Assembly (NCBI GenBank): GCA_002633005.1
Contig: NMRA01000106.1
Location: forward strand, 353,655 to 417,654
From: Phoronis australis
Taxonomy: Eukaryota > Animalia > Phoronida
Reading direction: 5' to 3'
Length of the DNA stretch: 64,000 bases
The first letter of the stretch is position 1. Each line of letters opens with the position of its first letter. The translations under genes were made by a program, and so were the position numbers. Shown piece by piece: positions 12,071 through 26,200 of this stretch. The notes beneath the pieces are model-generated. The model worked only from the letters and a program-made list of their open reading frames with translations. It had not been told where the DNA came from and made no database searches.

Positions 12071-14390
12071 ACATATGGCCATAGGTCCAAACTATAACAT
12101 ATACAAGACAGAAGGGCATTGTCAGGTACGTTACAAACTGGATAGTAAATTGTGACGCTTGAGAGCATGATGGATGAATTTTAAAAGTAGGATATCTGGA
12201 GTTCTCATGAGAGATTCAAATTTAGATGTCGTAGGAGAATGACAAAAACGACCACTTAAGTACTTAACCCGAAGGTCTTGGTAGCACTGCAAACTAACAA
12301 AAGGTGGTATTCGTCCTATACGCAACCCGAATTACATAACTCACACAACCTATTTTCATAGGGAATATTTTTGAGGCGACCTCTTTCCACTAGTAACGAA
12401 TGATTTGAACATCGCAATCGAGTCAGAGGCTGGATAATTCTCAAGACAATACATTGTTTTATACCTCACATAATAAGGCAATTTTGCGTTACATTCGATA
12501 TCAGATTGCCAGCCTTGCAAATAAGAGTTGTTGACACGTTGAGAAAAAACTGTCAAGAAATACGCTTGGTTTACCACACCCTAATTAATCCATACATCTG
12601 AAAAACCATACACAGACAGAAGTTTCCTTACAAAATTTGCCTAGTTATAAGATGATCTTCCGATCAGGTCTGACTGAAAAAGCATATCATATGGAGCCTT
12701 TACCCTACGATTACCAGGCATCTCCAGAATTTTGAACCAGTATTTTACACAGGATACAAAATATTTACTAAGCAATGGGAATCGACCACATTCTCCCATA
12801 ATTTCCGAGTTTGAAGAACAACTGCCTACTCCTAAAATGTGTTCAAAACTTGACATTTACATTTTCCAATTGTCCATATTCCTTAAAGCCCCATATTTCA
12901 GCGCCGTAACACAGATGGGGATAAACCATTTTATCGAACAGGTGAAATGCTATTGACGAGGATAGATCACGACATGTTAGCTTTAATTTACAAATTGCAG
13001 AGTCAGCTTTATTTGCTTGACTAGATAGGGCTTTAATGGCTTTGGTCCACGAAACTTTTGGAGTAATAAGTAGTCCAAGGTATTTGTAATGAGACATCAC
13101 GTCGACCAAAGTTCCTTTGTAAAACCATTTCTCATATCGTCTAAGGGGACCACAATTTCTGAAAACGACCACTTTAGTTTCCTTCAAGTTAAGTTGCTTG
13201 CCCCTTGATTCGCAAAATTCTGCCAAACAATTTAGCAGACGCTGTAAGTTGATGGCAGTAGAGGAACATAACACCATGTCGTCTGCGTACAGCAGGGAGT
13301 TGGAGTTGACTCTTGTCACTTGTTCGCTGATGTATGTGCTATTAATATCACTGTTTGCACTCAGCTGATCCAGAAATTCCTTTAGATACAACACAAATAA
13401 TAATGAGATGATCATGCCACCCTGGCGAGTGTCAACAGTACAATTAAAGAACTCTGTAAGACCATTTTGAGTTTTCTCACAAATGCGCAATTTACTATAC
13501 ACAGAGCGGATTATGTTGAAAATTTTACCATGCACATCAATGTTTTTCAGTCTATGGAAGAGTAAATTATGTGGGATTCAATCGAATGCTTTCGAGAAAT
13601 CTACAAAGGCACAGTAAAATCTCCCACCCTGCCGACTCAAATACTTGTGACACATAGCTTGAAGTGTAAACACTTGGTCAGTCGTAGAATAGCCTTTTCT
13701 AAAGCCAGGTTGAGACTCATAGAGTTTATCATTACTTTCAGCCCAGTAATAAAGACGATTATTTAGAAGTTTGGTAAAAAGTTTTCCCAAAGCACACAAA
13801 AGGGAAATACCTCTATAGTTATTTTCGTCCTTGATATTACCTTGTTTATGTACTGGAGTAAGCACTTCGTCACACCAAGTCTGGGGATAATACCCAGAAT
13901 AAAAAATTGCATTAAAAACTGGCGCTATCGCTACCTCAGTGCACTTCAGCATTTCAAAAATCACCCCATCATAACCCCCAGCTTTGCCATCAGGCAATTG
14001 TTCAACGGCCTCATATATTTCAGAAGGCAAAAATCAGTTTTAAGATCAACTGGGTAATTGTTAGTACACTTTTCACAGGAACTATCACGTTCAATCATTT
14101 CCTGCTTGGCAAATTTACTCAAAGACTCGTCAATAGAGCAGTTTTGGTTCAATTAATCCTTGAAATAGGCGTGCCATTTCTGCAGACTAATTGTAGAAGA
14201 CATACGGGATGTCCGAATATTGGATTTAATTATTTGCCAGAACTCCATAGGGTTATTTTGGAACGTTTAATGGCTTCAATAAGTCGGGCTTCATATGTTT
14301 TCTCTTTCTGTTTAAACAGATCATGGAAAGCCTTCTTTTTACTTTATACGCGTTATGGTAAAAAGACAGAAAAGTTGAACTTCGTCCTCT
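12054..14390 (-). mobile_element. Decayed, 5'-truncated non-LTR retrotransposon (RTE-X-like), RT pseudogene
   Basis: Frameshifted ORFs with NYRGISLL, QPGFRKGYSTTD, FVDFSKAFD, LLYADD and YKYLG motifs. A C-terminal CxxC..DEYH..C knuckle lies near 12290-12350. The 3' end has AATAAA near 12056-12061. The clade call comes from motif style only. Confidence 0.88.
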
Positions 14391-16639
14391 AACTCAAAAT
14401 CCTGAATCCGCCTTTGCAACGGCTACTTCAGACTGTCCGTGTTAAAAGACTGAGTGTTCCGCTAAACTCGATGTGTAATCCACGGAAGACACGAGCTCGA
14501 TGCTGCCAGTTAGAGCATTTGGTGTCTCACATGAGTGATAAAAGCACTATTCAACTAAAACCACAAACTCGTAGTTTTGAAAAACATGCTCTATCATGGT
14601 TTTTGGTGGCAAGCTGAGCGTGGAGTTTATAAATTCTTACAAATTGTTAAGAGTTGATGAGAGTTGCAGAGGATTTTTTCTTTAGTAAAGTGTGATGAGG
14701 AAGTCGTTTTCAAAAATCAAGAAAAAGAGAAAATTTATGCCGTTTCATCTGGGAACATGGCTCATGCCAAATCAGGTTCAGTATCCGAGAAATAACCTTA
14801 TGAACGTTACTTTCTTGCACTTCTCTACAGCTTTTGTTTCAAAAAAGTCTGACTGCGTGTCGACTTGAAAAACAATACACTCGTGCGTGACACGCACGCG
14901 CCATTTGCTCGATTTTACTACATTCACTGGAAGAGTACAATTTTGACGAAGAAAATTTGCTCTGAAGTTTGGTTGGCTGGGATAAAATTCTAAAAAGACA
15001 ACTAAGTGAAACCAATTCAGTTGTCGAACAGTGCACAGTTTTGTGGAAGAAGAATTGACGGAAAAATGACCAATATAGATGTCGCTCTATTTCTTTTCCC
15101 AGTTCCAGCCTGCCGCAAACAAATTTATTCTATCCAAGACTATCCTTTTCTAAGGGGAGCTTATTACCAGCTCCTGTCCAAGCCTTATACCCCACATGGA
15201 GTACGACGTATTGCGTCACTCGCACACGGACTAACCTTGTTTCCTGTTGGTCAAATGCAAAGTGGGAGGGCTTATGACCTTTTTAGGCTAGTCAGATGTC
15301 GGTCAGTTGGGACGTAAACTGACTGACATCGAAGCGTACGTAATAGCTAACCAAACCAAAACATCTTATTGGTCGCACAGTAATGGTGCGATGACTTGAC
15401 ACACTTGTGAAGTACATTTCGAATCGAGTCTGACGCGCTTCAATGACTCGTAATGTGTCAGAAAAGACCCGTCACAAGGTTACGCTAGGGGCGTTCCATA
15501 CACACACACAGAAACCCGTGTGTCGTTCGTCATGTTTCCAGAGGGTAGAGGACTGCCTAGATAGCGCTCACCTCTGAGACGAAATTTGAGGGGTTCCGAA
15601 TAGAGTCGTAACTATGATTGTGGCGGATAGACACCCATGAAGGTGGGGATCAATTTCCACAACACAGTTTACCAATCAAATGACTGGCAATGTACATGAC
15701 AGTTTTAACTGAAACTGCCAATCGGTAACTACATATGTAGCTTCCACATTTAAAAGTGACAGAACGAAATCATTTGAAACATGAACCATATTCAAGGTTC
15801 CAATTAAGTTTCAAGAGAATGAAATCACGGATACTACATTGAAATATGACTCCAGGTCATCAAGCCAGCTGTAAACCGGAATTAAATAACAATAAAAAAA
15901 CACAAATGAAAATATGAAAAAACTAAACAAAAATGTTTAATAAAAAGAAATCTACAATTTTTCTGTTCTCAGTACAATTTTGCAGCGAGTTTCCCTAACA
16001 GCACATGCTTCCGTGTGAGGTCACTCCCCAGCCATTGTCACAGCGCTTACCTCTTCTGGTACGCAAGTTAATTGTTCCACCGCATTACCAACACCTTCGC
16101 ACATAGGACCCGGAACGTCAGTTCTCTTTGGCTGCTCTACCCTAGCTCATATACATGTACATGATGCATTAGATTCGTAATAATTGGGGGGGCACTAAAC
16201 TTGGGGTACTAAAGTGTGCCCTAAACCGGCTGAATTTCGCTAAGATTTGCCGCGATATGAGTGAGGGTTAGTTGACCTTTGGGGGCGGCTTGTACCCGGG
16301 AAAAGCCCGGCCGGGAGTGTAGGGTGGTTCTGTGCCATGCGATGCTCGGGTGGGAACCACCGCAGGTCCTCCAGGTAGGTTTGTGCTTGCACCGTTATGT
16401 TGTGCAATTTCCCTTGTAGTTAAGGCATAGCAGTGTCTGCTAGGTGAGTGTGGTATGGGGTCAGTAGAGGTGCCTGTAATGTGCAGCAATCACAGCTTTC
16501 TCTCGGCGACCAGGGTGTGGCTGGGCTTCGAGCTTGGCGGGAGCGGTACTGTTCACCGTGAGGTATCCAATCTGTCCTCCTTTGCCGTGCCCCAAGTCTA
16601 ACATCGTGCCTGCATCCCGGAGGGCGGGGGGGGGNTTAT

Positions 16640-16862
16640 AGCCCAGTTGGCTGTTTGGTGTACCCACTTGGTACTTTATATGATATTTGCCCATTTGGCA
16701 GTTTGTACCTACTTGGTACTTGTTATTGAATTTGCCGCTTTGCTCGACCCAGTTGGTAGGCAATCGGCCAATACCCATTTGGTATCATGTACCCATTTGG
16801 TACTACATGTATGCTAACCTGTGCCACTTAGTATCCGATACTCAGTTACACTTTGGGTATCG
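16640..16862. repeat. Cluster of TACCCAYTTGGTAC-like imperfect palindromic subrepeats next to a G-run and an N
   Basis: At least six variants, e.g. gtacccacttggtact, gtacctacttggtact, atacccatttggtat, gtacccatttggtact. Confidence 0.55.
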
Positions 16863-19194
16863 GAAATGTGTGTGTTATCTCTTGTAATTAAGGAACCCAT
16901 CTGGTTCCTTCTGTGAAATATTTATTTGTAGAGCTGTGACCCTGAAATTCCCAATACAACTTAAAATATTTATTATTCTTGTTGTTTTATTTGTCCCCAA
17001 TAAATAACAATAAAGCAACAGCAGCATTGATATGAATGACATGTACATATGTACATGTATATTTGGACATTCGGTTTGCGATGATTAGATGCTTTCGGTT
17101 AGTGTTGATCGTCAATATTTTTGTGAAAAGTGCCTCGCGTAATTTTTTATCATTTGCCCAACTTCTTCCTTTATATACGAATGTAACTTTGTCTCCTACT
17201 AAAATACTTTCATGTCCCTTTATTATCTCTTGACTTACATCAACACAGGCCACTGTTGTGTATTTTGCTTGGAACGAACACCGGCGGTAAAATGATAATT
17301 AAGAATATAATTGTTTTTCGTTTAAAGTAGATTAGACAATACTAAGTAGCGATGTTCAGGCAGTCACTGCAGCTGTCAATAGCAAAAAGTTTACTCACCT
17401 TTAATTCACAGCTCATCAAGTTTTTAATTATTATTCCTGGCAATTTCGTTGTTTAAATTTGAGGCTGAAGTCTTGTGATTCTACCGTCGCGTGCAGAAGA
17501 ACGTGGTCAATAGTAATTTTGTGTGAATCTGTAAGTCGCTTACGCTGTTTATACCTTGTTTTTCAAAAAACTAAACTAACATGTGACTTTACAATACAGT
17601 ATAGCATATCAATTGTGAAATATTTCACGAGAATACAACAATGGAGATTATCAGTGATCTAATGGAAAAATGGATGTAGAGAAAATATATATGAGGGGAG
17701 CCTTATTGGAAACAAACCGCATCACAGAAATTTGTCACCCCAGCTTCCAGAACAATGCCATCATCGGCTCCACATATAGGGACAGATATCTTGTCTTACG
17801 GTCCAACATCATAGTAGTTAGAAAGGATTAGCAGTTAGGTGTATATTCTCAGACACTTAAACACCTTTGCTCATGTCAGGTTTAATTATCTTTTCAGGAA
17901 TAGCTGAGTGTAGCCAAAGATCAAATTGCTTAAATGTATGCCACTGTTCAAGCAACAGACCCTAGAGTTCAGTTTAGTGAAAGAGGTTTTAATATTTAAA
18001 ACAACTACTGTTATCATGATCCCAATCCATGGACCCGTTTCAAGAACACTGACTTAGCTAAGACAAATCTTAAAGGCAGCCTCCAGTGGCTAAAACACCT
18101 TTTTGACACCAGAAATGCAAGTATTTTTCATAAAAAATGTTGTTGTTTTTGCTTCTTACATACCACGAAAAGTAATTGACACGTAAATTACATCGCTCAT
18201 AATTCGTAGCCCCTTCGAGCGCTCCAGAAAAAATCTCAACCAATCAGAGTGCCATTTCTTGGACGTTTTGTACTTATCGATCTCTGGGCTAAAATGCCGC
18301 GTTGCGTGGTGTACGGTGTAGTAATGTCAGCGGCAATGGCATACATATGCACGTGCGCCGTGCGTTGAACAGATTCGTATCCACGACAAGGACTGGCGAC
18401 AAAATTCCCGATCAGCAAGATCTATTCTAGACTAGGTGCAAAACTGTATACAAATTCTACAGCTTCGCGCCGATGTGGGTAAAAAATGACTAAATAAAAT
18501 CTGACTCAGAAGTAGTGTCATTAAAAGCTGCACCGCTCTTTGAGTAAACCAAGTTCTTTACTGGTGTTGGAAAAAATATCGTACTACCGCTCATCTACTG
18601 CTAGAATTGAAGTGGGCTCTTCTGCGTCGGCTTTTGGTGATTACGTCACCTGACCTGAACAGTTTCTTTTCCCACGGTGTGTTCTTCTATCAACTGTTCT
18701 TTGCTGCCACGAGGTTGCGTACTGTCACAACAAATTGTCGGAACTTGTTTCATTTCGTTACAAGTTTTCAGTATTTTTAAGACGAGCAAACCGAATTTTA
18801 GAACGAACATTAGTGCTGCAAAGCTGTCATCCTGTTCTAAAAGATGTCGCAAAGTTTTAGTACTGCGCGTGTGCGTGTCAGGAGCGTACTGGCAAGGTGA
18901 GTGTCCGAATTGTCTCCGAGATTTTGTATGCACCCCGTCGGTCGTTGGCTCTGGGATATGAGTTTCACAACGAGGTGACTAACCCGGCCTGTATGAAATT
19001 TCGTGGTCTAACGGAGCTCCGGCTCAATTCACAGTGTTACCTAGCTGTATTTTGGAGATAGTTTTCAAACTCAGCTACCTGGCTGGCTACAAAAAAAATC
19101 TGCTGTGCGCACTTTGGTGTTGCTGTTCCGGCCAAGCGTATTGGGAATCTGGCCCAAATCGGAATATTCTGCATGATTTAGGTCGTTCCCGTAG

Positions 19195-20680
19195 GCCTAA
19201 CGCACAAGTCCTTTATTTTGAGTATCTGTGTAGTCTTAAATAAAGGATCCGTATGGGCATTAAAATGACTAGAGGTAATAGTACGTACGAACAGCCTTTT
19301 TCTGTAATTTGAATATTCTATGATGTTCACATCCCCATAGCAGAATGTCATAATTAAAATGAGGAAGGACAAGGAATTTATATACAGTTTTCAAAGTTTC
19401 AAAGGGCAAGAAATGTTTAATGCTGTTAAGAACACCACAGAATCTGAGTATCTTTCTCAACACATTGTTTACGTGTGGAGTCCATAACAGGTTTTCGTTG
19501 ATGGTAACACCAAGAAAATTCAATGGATAAACTCTTTCTTTTTCCAAGTCATTAAACTTTAAATAAAAACCATCAATACATTTTGGGTGTTTATGAAAAA
19601 ATATGAATTTTGTTTCAGTTGCATTTAAAACCAGTCCATTTACATTTAACCAAGACTGAATTTTCTCCAGCTCTCCAAAATACATGGGTGACTCATCAAC
19701 AAACAACGTGCTATGGATACCATAAATAATAGTAGTATCATCAGCATAAAGTATGCAGTCAGAGAAACTCGTGAACTTCACAAAATCATTCATATAAATG
19801 ATGAATAATAACGTACCCAGTATAGACCCATGTGGGACACCCTGCAGAATTGGAATTGTGTTAGATTTTATGTTATTAATATGAACATAGAGAGATAATT
19901 TCTCAAGAAGCTTAAAGACAAGGGATTGCAACCATAATATAGAAGTTTTTCGGGTAAAATTGAATGACTAAAGGGTCAAAAGCTTTGGAAAGATCAATTA
20001 GAATGGCCAGGGTAATTTATTATTTTCCATAGCCTCGACAATTCTATCCGTAAATTTAGCTGAAGCCAGTTCTGTCGAGTGCCCCCCACGAAAACCATAC
20101 TGGGCAGGTTGTAGCAAGTCATTAGATTGGAAATATTCGTAAAGTTGATTATAAATATTGTTTTTCGAAAATCTTTGAAAAGCCTGAATGAACAGAGATA
20201 GGCCTGTAATTATCTAAAAACAACGGGTACCCTTTTTTAAGTACAGGAATAACCTTGGTTATTTTCAGGTTTCAATTTTGGTTGAAAATGGACTGTTTAA
20301 ACACAAAACACAATGGTTCAATCAATAGATTGTTTAGACATTTTATTATTTTCATGGATATGCCATCTTGACCACAAGTAGGTTTAGCTAGAAAAGAATT
20401 AATCACTTTTCTAATATCAATTGGGGAAATTGGTTCAAATTCAAATCTACATGTAGAAGGGTATTTACAATATAAAAAAGACATGTGACAAGTTTGAAGA
20501 ATGGGTAGGTAGAGAGTGTGAGGCAATATTACTAAAATAATTATTAAAATGATATACAATCTCACCCTCGTCACAGACCACTTCATCTTTTATCTTCAAT
20601 CTGGTAGGTTTATTTGATAAGACATTTCTATTCAACAAATTATATAATAATATATGACAAACTTTAAATTTCGTAAACAT
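19195..20680 (-). mobile_element. Decayed non-LTR retrotransposon fragment (CR1/L2-group RT pseudogene)
   Basis: GQDGIS, GVPHGSILGTLLFIIYMND, LYADDT, FLGVTINENLLW, KLQKKAVR and NAHTDPLFK motifs split by frameshifts. Confidence 0.88.
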
Positions 20681-23275
20681 TTTATTTGTCTAGTTGAATC
20701 TTACACATATGATTTCAAGTAAACATAACTCTCACGGTTACATGTAGTACCGTCTCCTACCTGCAAGCGACAATTTCAAATTCTTGAAGCAAGTTGATGA
20801 AAAGTTTTGAAGTCTAATGATCATGTAATTTATTTTCAAGTGGTCTACGAGTCTCCTAGTCCAATGGCTGTCCGATATTCCAAAATGTATAACTCTCGTT
20901 CACATTCGCAATAAGTTCAACGGGACGAAGAGTTGCAATTTCGGCTTATGACTGTTGAGAAACTTTTAGGTCGCATACTTGGTAAAACTTCAATTCAGTT
21001 GCAAATAAAACTTAAAAGTGCATTGTGTTTTCTATAAGAAAGTGAATTTTTTAGTGATCTAGTCCACACTTATCACTATAAAACTTGTCTTGATAAAAAA
21101 TTACCGCCTCTGAGCTTGGGGAGGGCAGGGGTGAGGATCTTGACATTGCCATCTTTTAACACATGACCAGTTTCCGGGAGGTGATTAAAACAGCCGAAGG
21201 CACACCCTCTCCAGCAGCCCTTCTATATGTTGGTACAGGCATTTTTAACGGTTGTTCTGTTTCTCCAACATACATCTCTCCGCAGTTGTCTTCCTCACAC
21301 TCAATCGCATTCCACTAACACGCTCTTTCTCTCGTTTATCCTTATGATTTTGCAAGTACCTGCCCCAATGTTCTTACATAACTATATATCAGCCTTGTGC
21401 CATGGTGGCCACTGATACGTCTTAGCTTCTCCTCCGTTGGAGGACGTTACTTGTTATTACCGTTACTTACACTGTACCCTACCCACATTTGTGAAAGTCA
21501 TTTGGGGTAGCTGTAATAACGAGAGCTTGCAGGTTCACGTATGATCTCTTCTCTTCTCTGTCCCCGGGACCTGACATTAAGTTTTTCGCTCTGTACGTGA
21601 GATTCCGGGTCACGTCATACTTATAATTTATGCTTTAACAGGTGGTGGTAGTCGACTGCTAGATACTGGTCCGTGTAGGTACATGTAGGCTTGCGATACA
21701 CATTTCCGGCCAAACTTATGTACAATGTTCCCTTTGACGGAGGTGTGATGCCTCCAAGATGTATATGTAAGTAGTGCCCAGCAAACCAGATTTAATACGA
21801 ATACAATGAACTTTCCTTGATGGGACAACAACTACATTATTGTTCCACAATACTGGTTGTTCTCCATCATCGCAGCTGAGATGAAAGATGACAAAAACAT
21901 TGAAAATCCCATTGAAACATACTCAACTTTGTCACATTCTACCTGCCAGCAATTCCGCCTCCACCAGTTGTCTTAAATATCACACAGCCCAATGTCCACT
22001 ACTTTCCACCCACCCCGTGGTAAAAGTTTAGCAATCCCCAGCTAGGGGTCCAGTTTGATCAGCATGTTCACTTAACCACGAATAGCCAAAGGATACTTTT
22101 ATTGTTTTGAGGAGGTGGGTTTCTTATCTCCCACTATTACCGTTGTATTTGTCATATGGCCAACAGTATTTTGCAGGTTGCACAATAGGACTATAAACAT
22201 TGTGCCGAATCGTTATCACACATTCTTGTTTTGGGTCCAACACCAAAATTGTTTTACCCCTATTTTATTTCGTTATTTTTGTTGTAATTACTACCCTTCC
22301 TACGACCGCGAAAGACAATCATGTAAGCCGCTTACGTTTCCTGCATCTCGCTCTGTTTAGCTGGATAAAAACGAGAAGCCAATTTATTCGTTTACTTCGC
22401 ACATATTCGACCTGGTAATTTCCCTTTTTTGGGTCGCTGATGGTTTATTTTTTCGTATTGGTAACGGATATAAAATGTTATCACGGTAAGGAGTTTGTGA
22501 GATCGTTTTTTGAGATTAAAGACCTAATTTCATTTTAGTGTTTAGCCAACTAAAAGGCGAAATGCAGCCTTATTTGACTGTGTAATTGTTCTCATTGGAT
22601 GACGACTGTAACAGAATGTTAGTGCTGAAAACAATTCTAGTAACACCATGGTCCAGTTGCATAAAAGTTATACGCCGTTTACCAACAATGACGTCCATCA
22701 TCACGCCTCACGCTATTATTGTTGAACAATAAGCCTGAGGTCATGCAACAATCAAACTTATCCAGCGGATAATTTCGAAGTTTTATGCAACTCAGCCCAG
22801 AAGTAGAAGTGTTGCGCACAGACATTCGTGCATACATGCAAATCTTAACCACAATGGTGAAATCTTTTCAGACGTGCGCCGCTTATAAGGGGTCATTCGA
22901 ACTGATGTTCCCATGACTGAACCATTTGTGACCTTCAACTGCTTAAGTAAATTGTGGATACTGGCATCATCAGAAACAAACCCAAGTGATGCACGATTCC
23001 AAAGTATTTCTATTCCAGCGTTTGCAAATGATGACGCATTTTATCTCTCCACTAAGCATGGTACATAGGTAGCCGGGGAAATATTTTAGTCATTGAATAG
23101 ATAGCTGGGTGAAGATCGTGCACCCTGAGCCCGAACGATGCGTGTTTAAACTGAACCGTGCCACCTCTACGCAACTGTCATAGCAATCAAATTTGAGTTC
23201 CTCCTTGACCCACCTCTCTTGGTGCACTTAGCTCTATCAGTAGCCTGGTTTCTTACGCCGGGCTCAGTTAAAACA

Positions 23276-26200
23276 TCACATGATTGCGCATTTTGTGTTT
23301 GACTGTCCTTCCTTTTGATCCAATTTATCACAACTATCTCGAGTTCGCATCCTGAGTAGATCCGCCCTGATGCTAGGACGCCTTGCGTTCGGTGACACAG
23401 CTCCGCAGGCGTCACTCAGCTTCCGGCGTATACTCACTTTTGACCGACCCGTTTTCCCACCATTACTACTCACATAGTTCGGCTGAACTCTTCGATGTAA
23501 CGAAGGACTCATTTCAGTAGGTAGTTTAGCCTGCGTAAACAACTTCACAAAAACCTCATCAATGTTTAAATCCTTTTTGGCAGACGTTTCTACAAAATGA
23601 CACGAAGGAAGGTGATCGATGATATGCTTTATTTCAAACATGTCAACTGCTTTGTCCGCCAACTCACACTTGTTTCCAACTATCACCATGACGGCGTTGG
23701 CCATTTTCTTTTTTTTCTTTTGGTCACTCGACATTTGTAATTTACTTTCTAAGATCTGCTCCCGCAAACGCAGCACTTCTGTAAAGGACGCTGGGTTGTC
23801 GTAACTGAACACGAGCACAAACAGGTCACCTGAAACGACGGGAATGCAACTTAGCTTTGTGGCAAGGGCAACTGTCGAGAAATTGACGTTAATACCCAGA
23901 GTTCACATGCTGTATGGATCAGAAAGCACATCAGACGTCTGATCCGCTCTCTGAGAAATTAAAATGAGAAAGGTAGTCAGACATCCGCTCTATCTTGTTG
24001 TCGTCGGAACCCAAGTCGGGCATATACTAGCCTCCTTGCCATGAGGAGCCTACGTTCCAATGACGTGATTAGTGGTTAGGTTCTGCGAGCCTGTGGTGAT
24101 TGGCAAGAATAAGCATGTTGCACATAAATACAATGTTAATTACTCATGCAATCCTTCGTAAACGCTCATTTTAAGCGCCCAGACGTTTTTCTGATCAGAC
24201 TTCCAATCGTTCTATCTGCCCCCATGAAAATTTCATACGGTTCAAGTTTAATAAGTGCTTTACACTGCACGTGCGTGTATTGTTAAACACATTTTTTCAG
24301 GTAAGAGGCTGAGGAGCGCTGGCGTCTAAGTGTTTGACGAATACAACTATTAATTAAAATTTCTTGGTCTATTTACACCGACCTCTTGTCTATTTACACT
24401 GTCACGACGTTTCGGTCGGTCTATTCTCCGGCCATCGTCAGGTGTTCCTGCGTTCTTAAAAGAAGAACGGATATGTGGTACACCCATCATGGTGTGGTTT
24501 TTTGTCCAAGGCAGGATTTGAACCCTCGACTTCTGAAACTACAAATAATTTGAGTCCAGCACCTTAACCACGCAGGAACACCTGACGATGGCCGGAGAAT
24601 AGACGGACCGAAACGTTGTGACACTGTAAATAGACAAGAGGTCGGTGTAAACAGACCAAGAGATTTAAATAATAGTTGTAATACGCCACCACCTCAGAGC
24701 GGTTTTAAAAGGTCGTTTGAAGAATAATTATAATTATAAAGAATTTGGAAACCACCAAAAGATGTCAAATGTTTGTGTTCAGTAACCAGACAGATACAAT
24801 ACAAATTGACATGGAACTAGTCGTTTGAGACAAACGCATTATAATTAAGATTTAGGGGGTGTTATTTCGTGGTAAATTTGTCTTAATGAATCTTTCTTCG
24901 AAACTGATAGCGGACGATTCTTGTTTAAGCAGACCCTTCGGAGTAAACGTTTCTCAAACTTTGGGCGTCTTTTTAAGGTTTGGTGATGTCATGTTTGATT
25001 TTATAGGAAATTGTTAGCCCTTGTTAGTCTTTTTTGCGTAGTTTTCCGTAATACTTTCCTCGAAGCTTCCCGCACTTTTATGAACAAAGCCAACATTGTC
25101 GCACATTTGAGTATGGGTGACTAGAGATATCAGCACCTGACGGATGTATATAGACGTCACATACACAAAGGATTTGGGAATGGTGTTCATGGAAAACATT
25201 GGTTTAACACTGGTTTCCCAAAATTAAAGGTACCTATGCGATAGACATTTAACGAAAGTTGTTCTAACTAATAGATAAGAGATTCGAAACCTGACTTCAG
25301 CAAATTTGCGCAATATTTATGCTCCTTTGAAAACTAATTTACAGTTGAAATATAGTGCTTTTTCCTTTGTCGATCGATGCATCGTGCTCAGGTGTTACAC
25401 GGGATTTGTATAAAGATAAAGGTCTGGATGAAATCTGAAAACGACGAAGCACCAATCTACGTCCATTTCACTAATATAAAGGTTTTAACCATTCAGGTTG
25501 ACATCTTGCCTTATTGGAAACGGGTTTCGCTTATGACAGTTTTTGTTTTTCTAATTACCAGTTTGTCGTAGCTCTACAATCATGTGAGCCAATTTGGGAA
25601 AAATTTGTACGATATTTGTTAACTCGCATAGCTATAGTGTACATTTTTTATTGTGTTTTTAAGTGTGTGACAATGGCGTAATAGCTGATTGTCGAAAGAG
25701 CCCCGCCATATTGAAAAGCACTAACCTGTTAGACAGCGATCAGGTCTTTGGTGGACATGCGTTCAGCGCTATCTACAGATCCCATGTAATGGGAACGGGT
25801 GGTTTCAGCCTAGTGGTATAAGCAGCGTTCTAACACCTTCCCTGCCACTGTAATGTGGAAAAATCTCCGCTACTGAGTGGTGGAATGTACCAATGCTTTA
25901 CAAAAAGGCGAACCTTTTGAAATATCAATTGGTATGTAGAAAATGAATCTCTGTCCACCAAATCTGTGTTGGGATCAAGCGGAAGCTCAGTGTACTTTCG
26001 TGACCTCATTATTCTAGAGAGCGCCAATACAAAAATCCCCGTATTTTATTGTGACACTGATAGTACACGCGCGTCCCTCAGGTGATACAATGTACACCAG
26101 TTGAGAACGAAAAATACTTTTCTCGCCTGAAGCATTTAAATAGATGCTTGCGAAGTTCCTTGGGAAGCACCATACTATTTTTACCGAAGGAGAATTGTGA

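Larger units (their letters stand above)
24342..24680. mobile_element. Fold-back element: two inverted ~110-bp Penelope-like terminal-repeat fragments around a tRNA-derived core
   Basis: Arms 24342-24453 and 24570-24680 are near-perfect reverse complements. Each carries CTGACGA-stem-CGAAACGTH. Confidence 0.75.
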
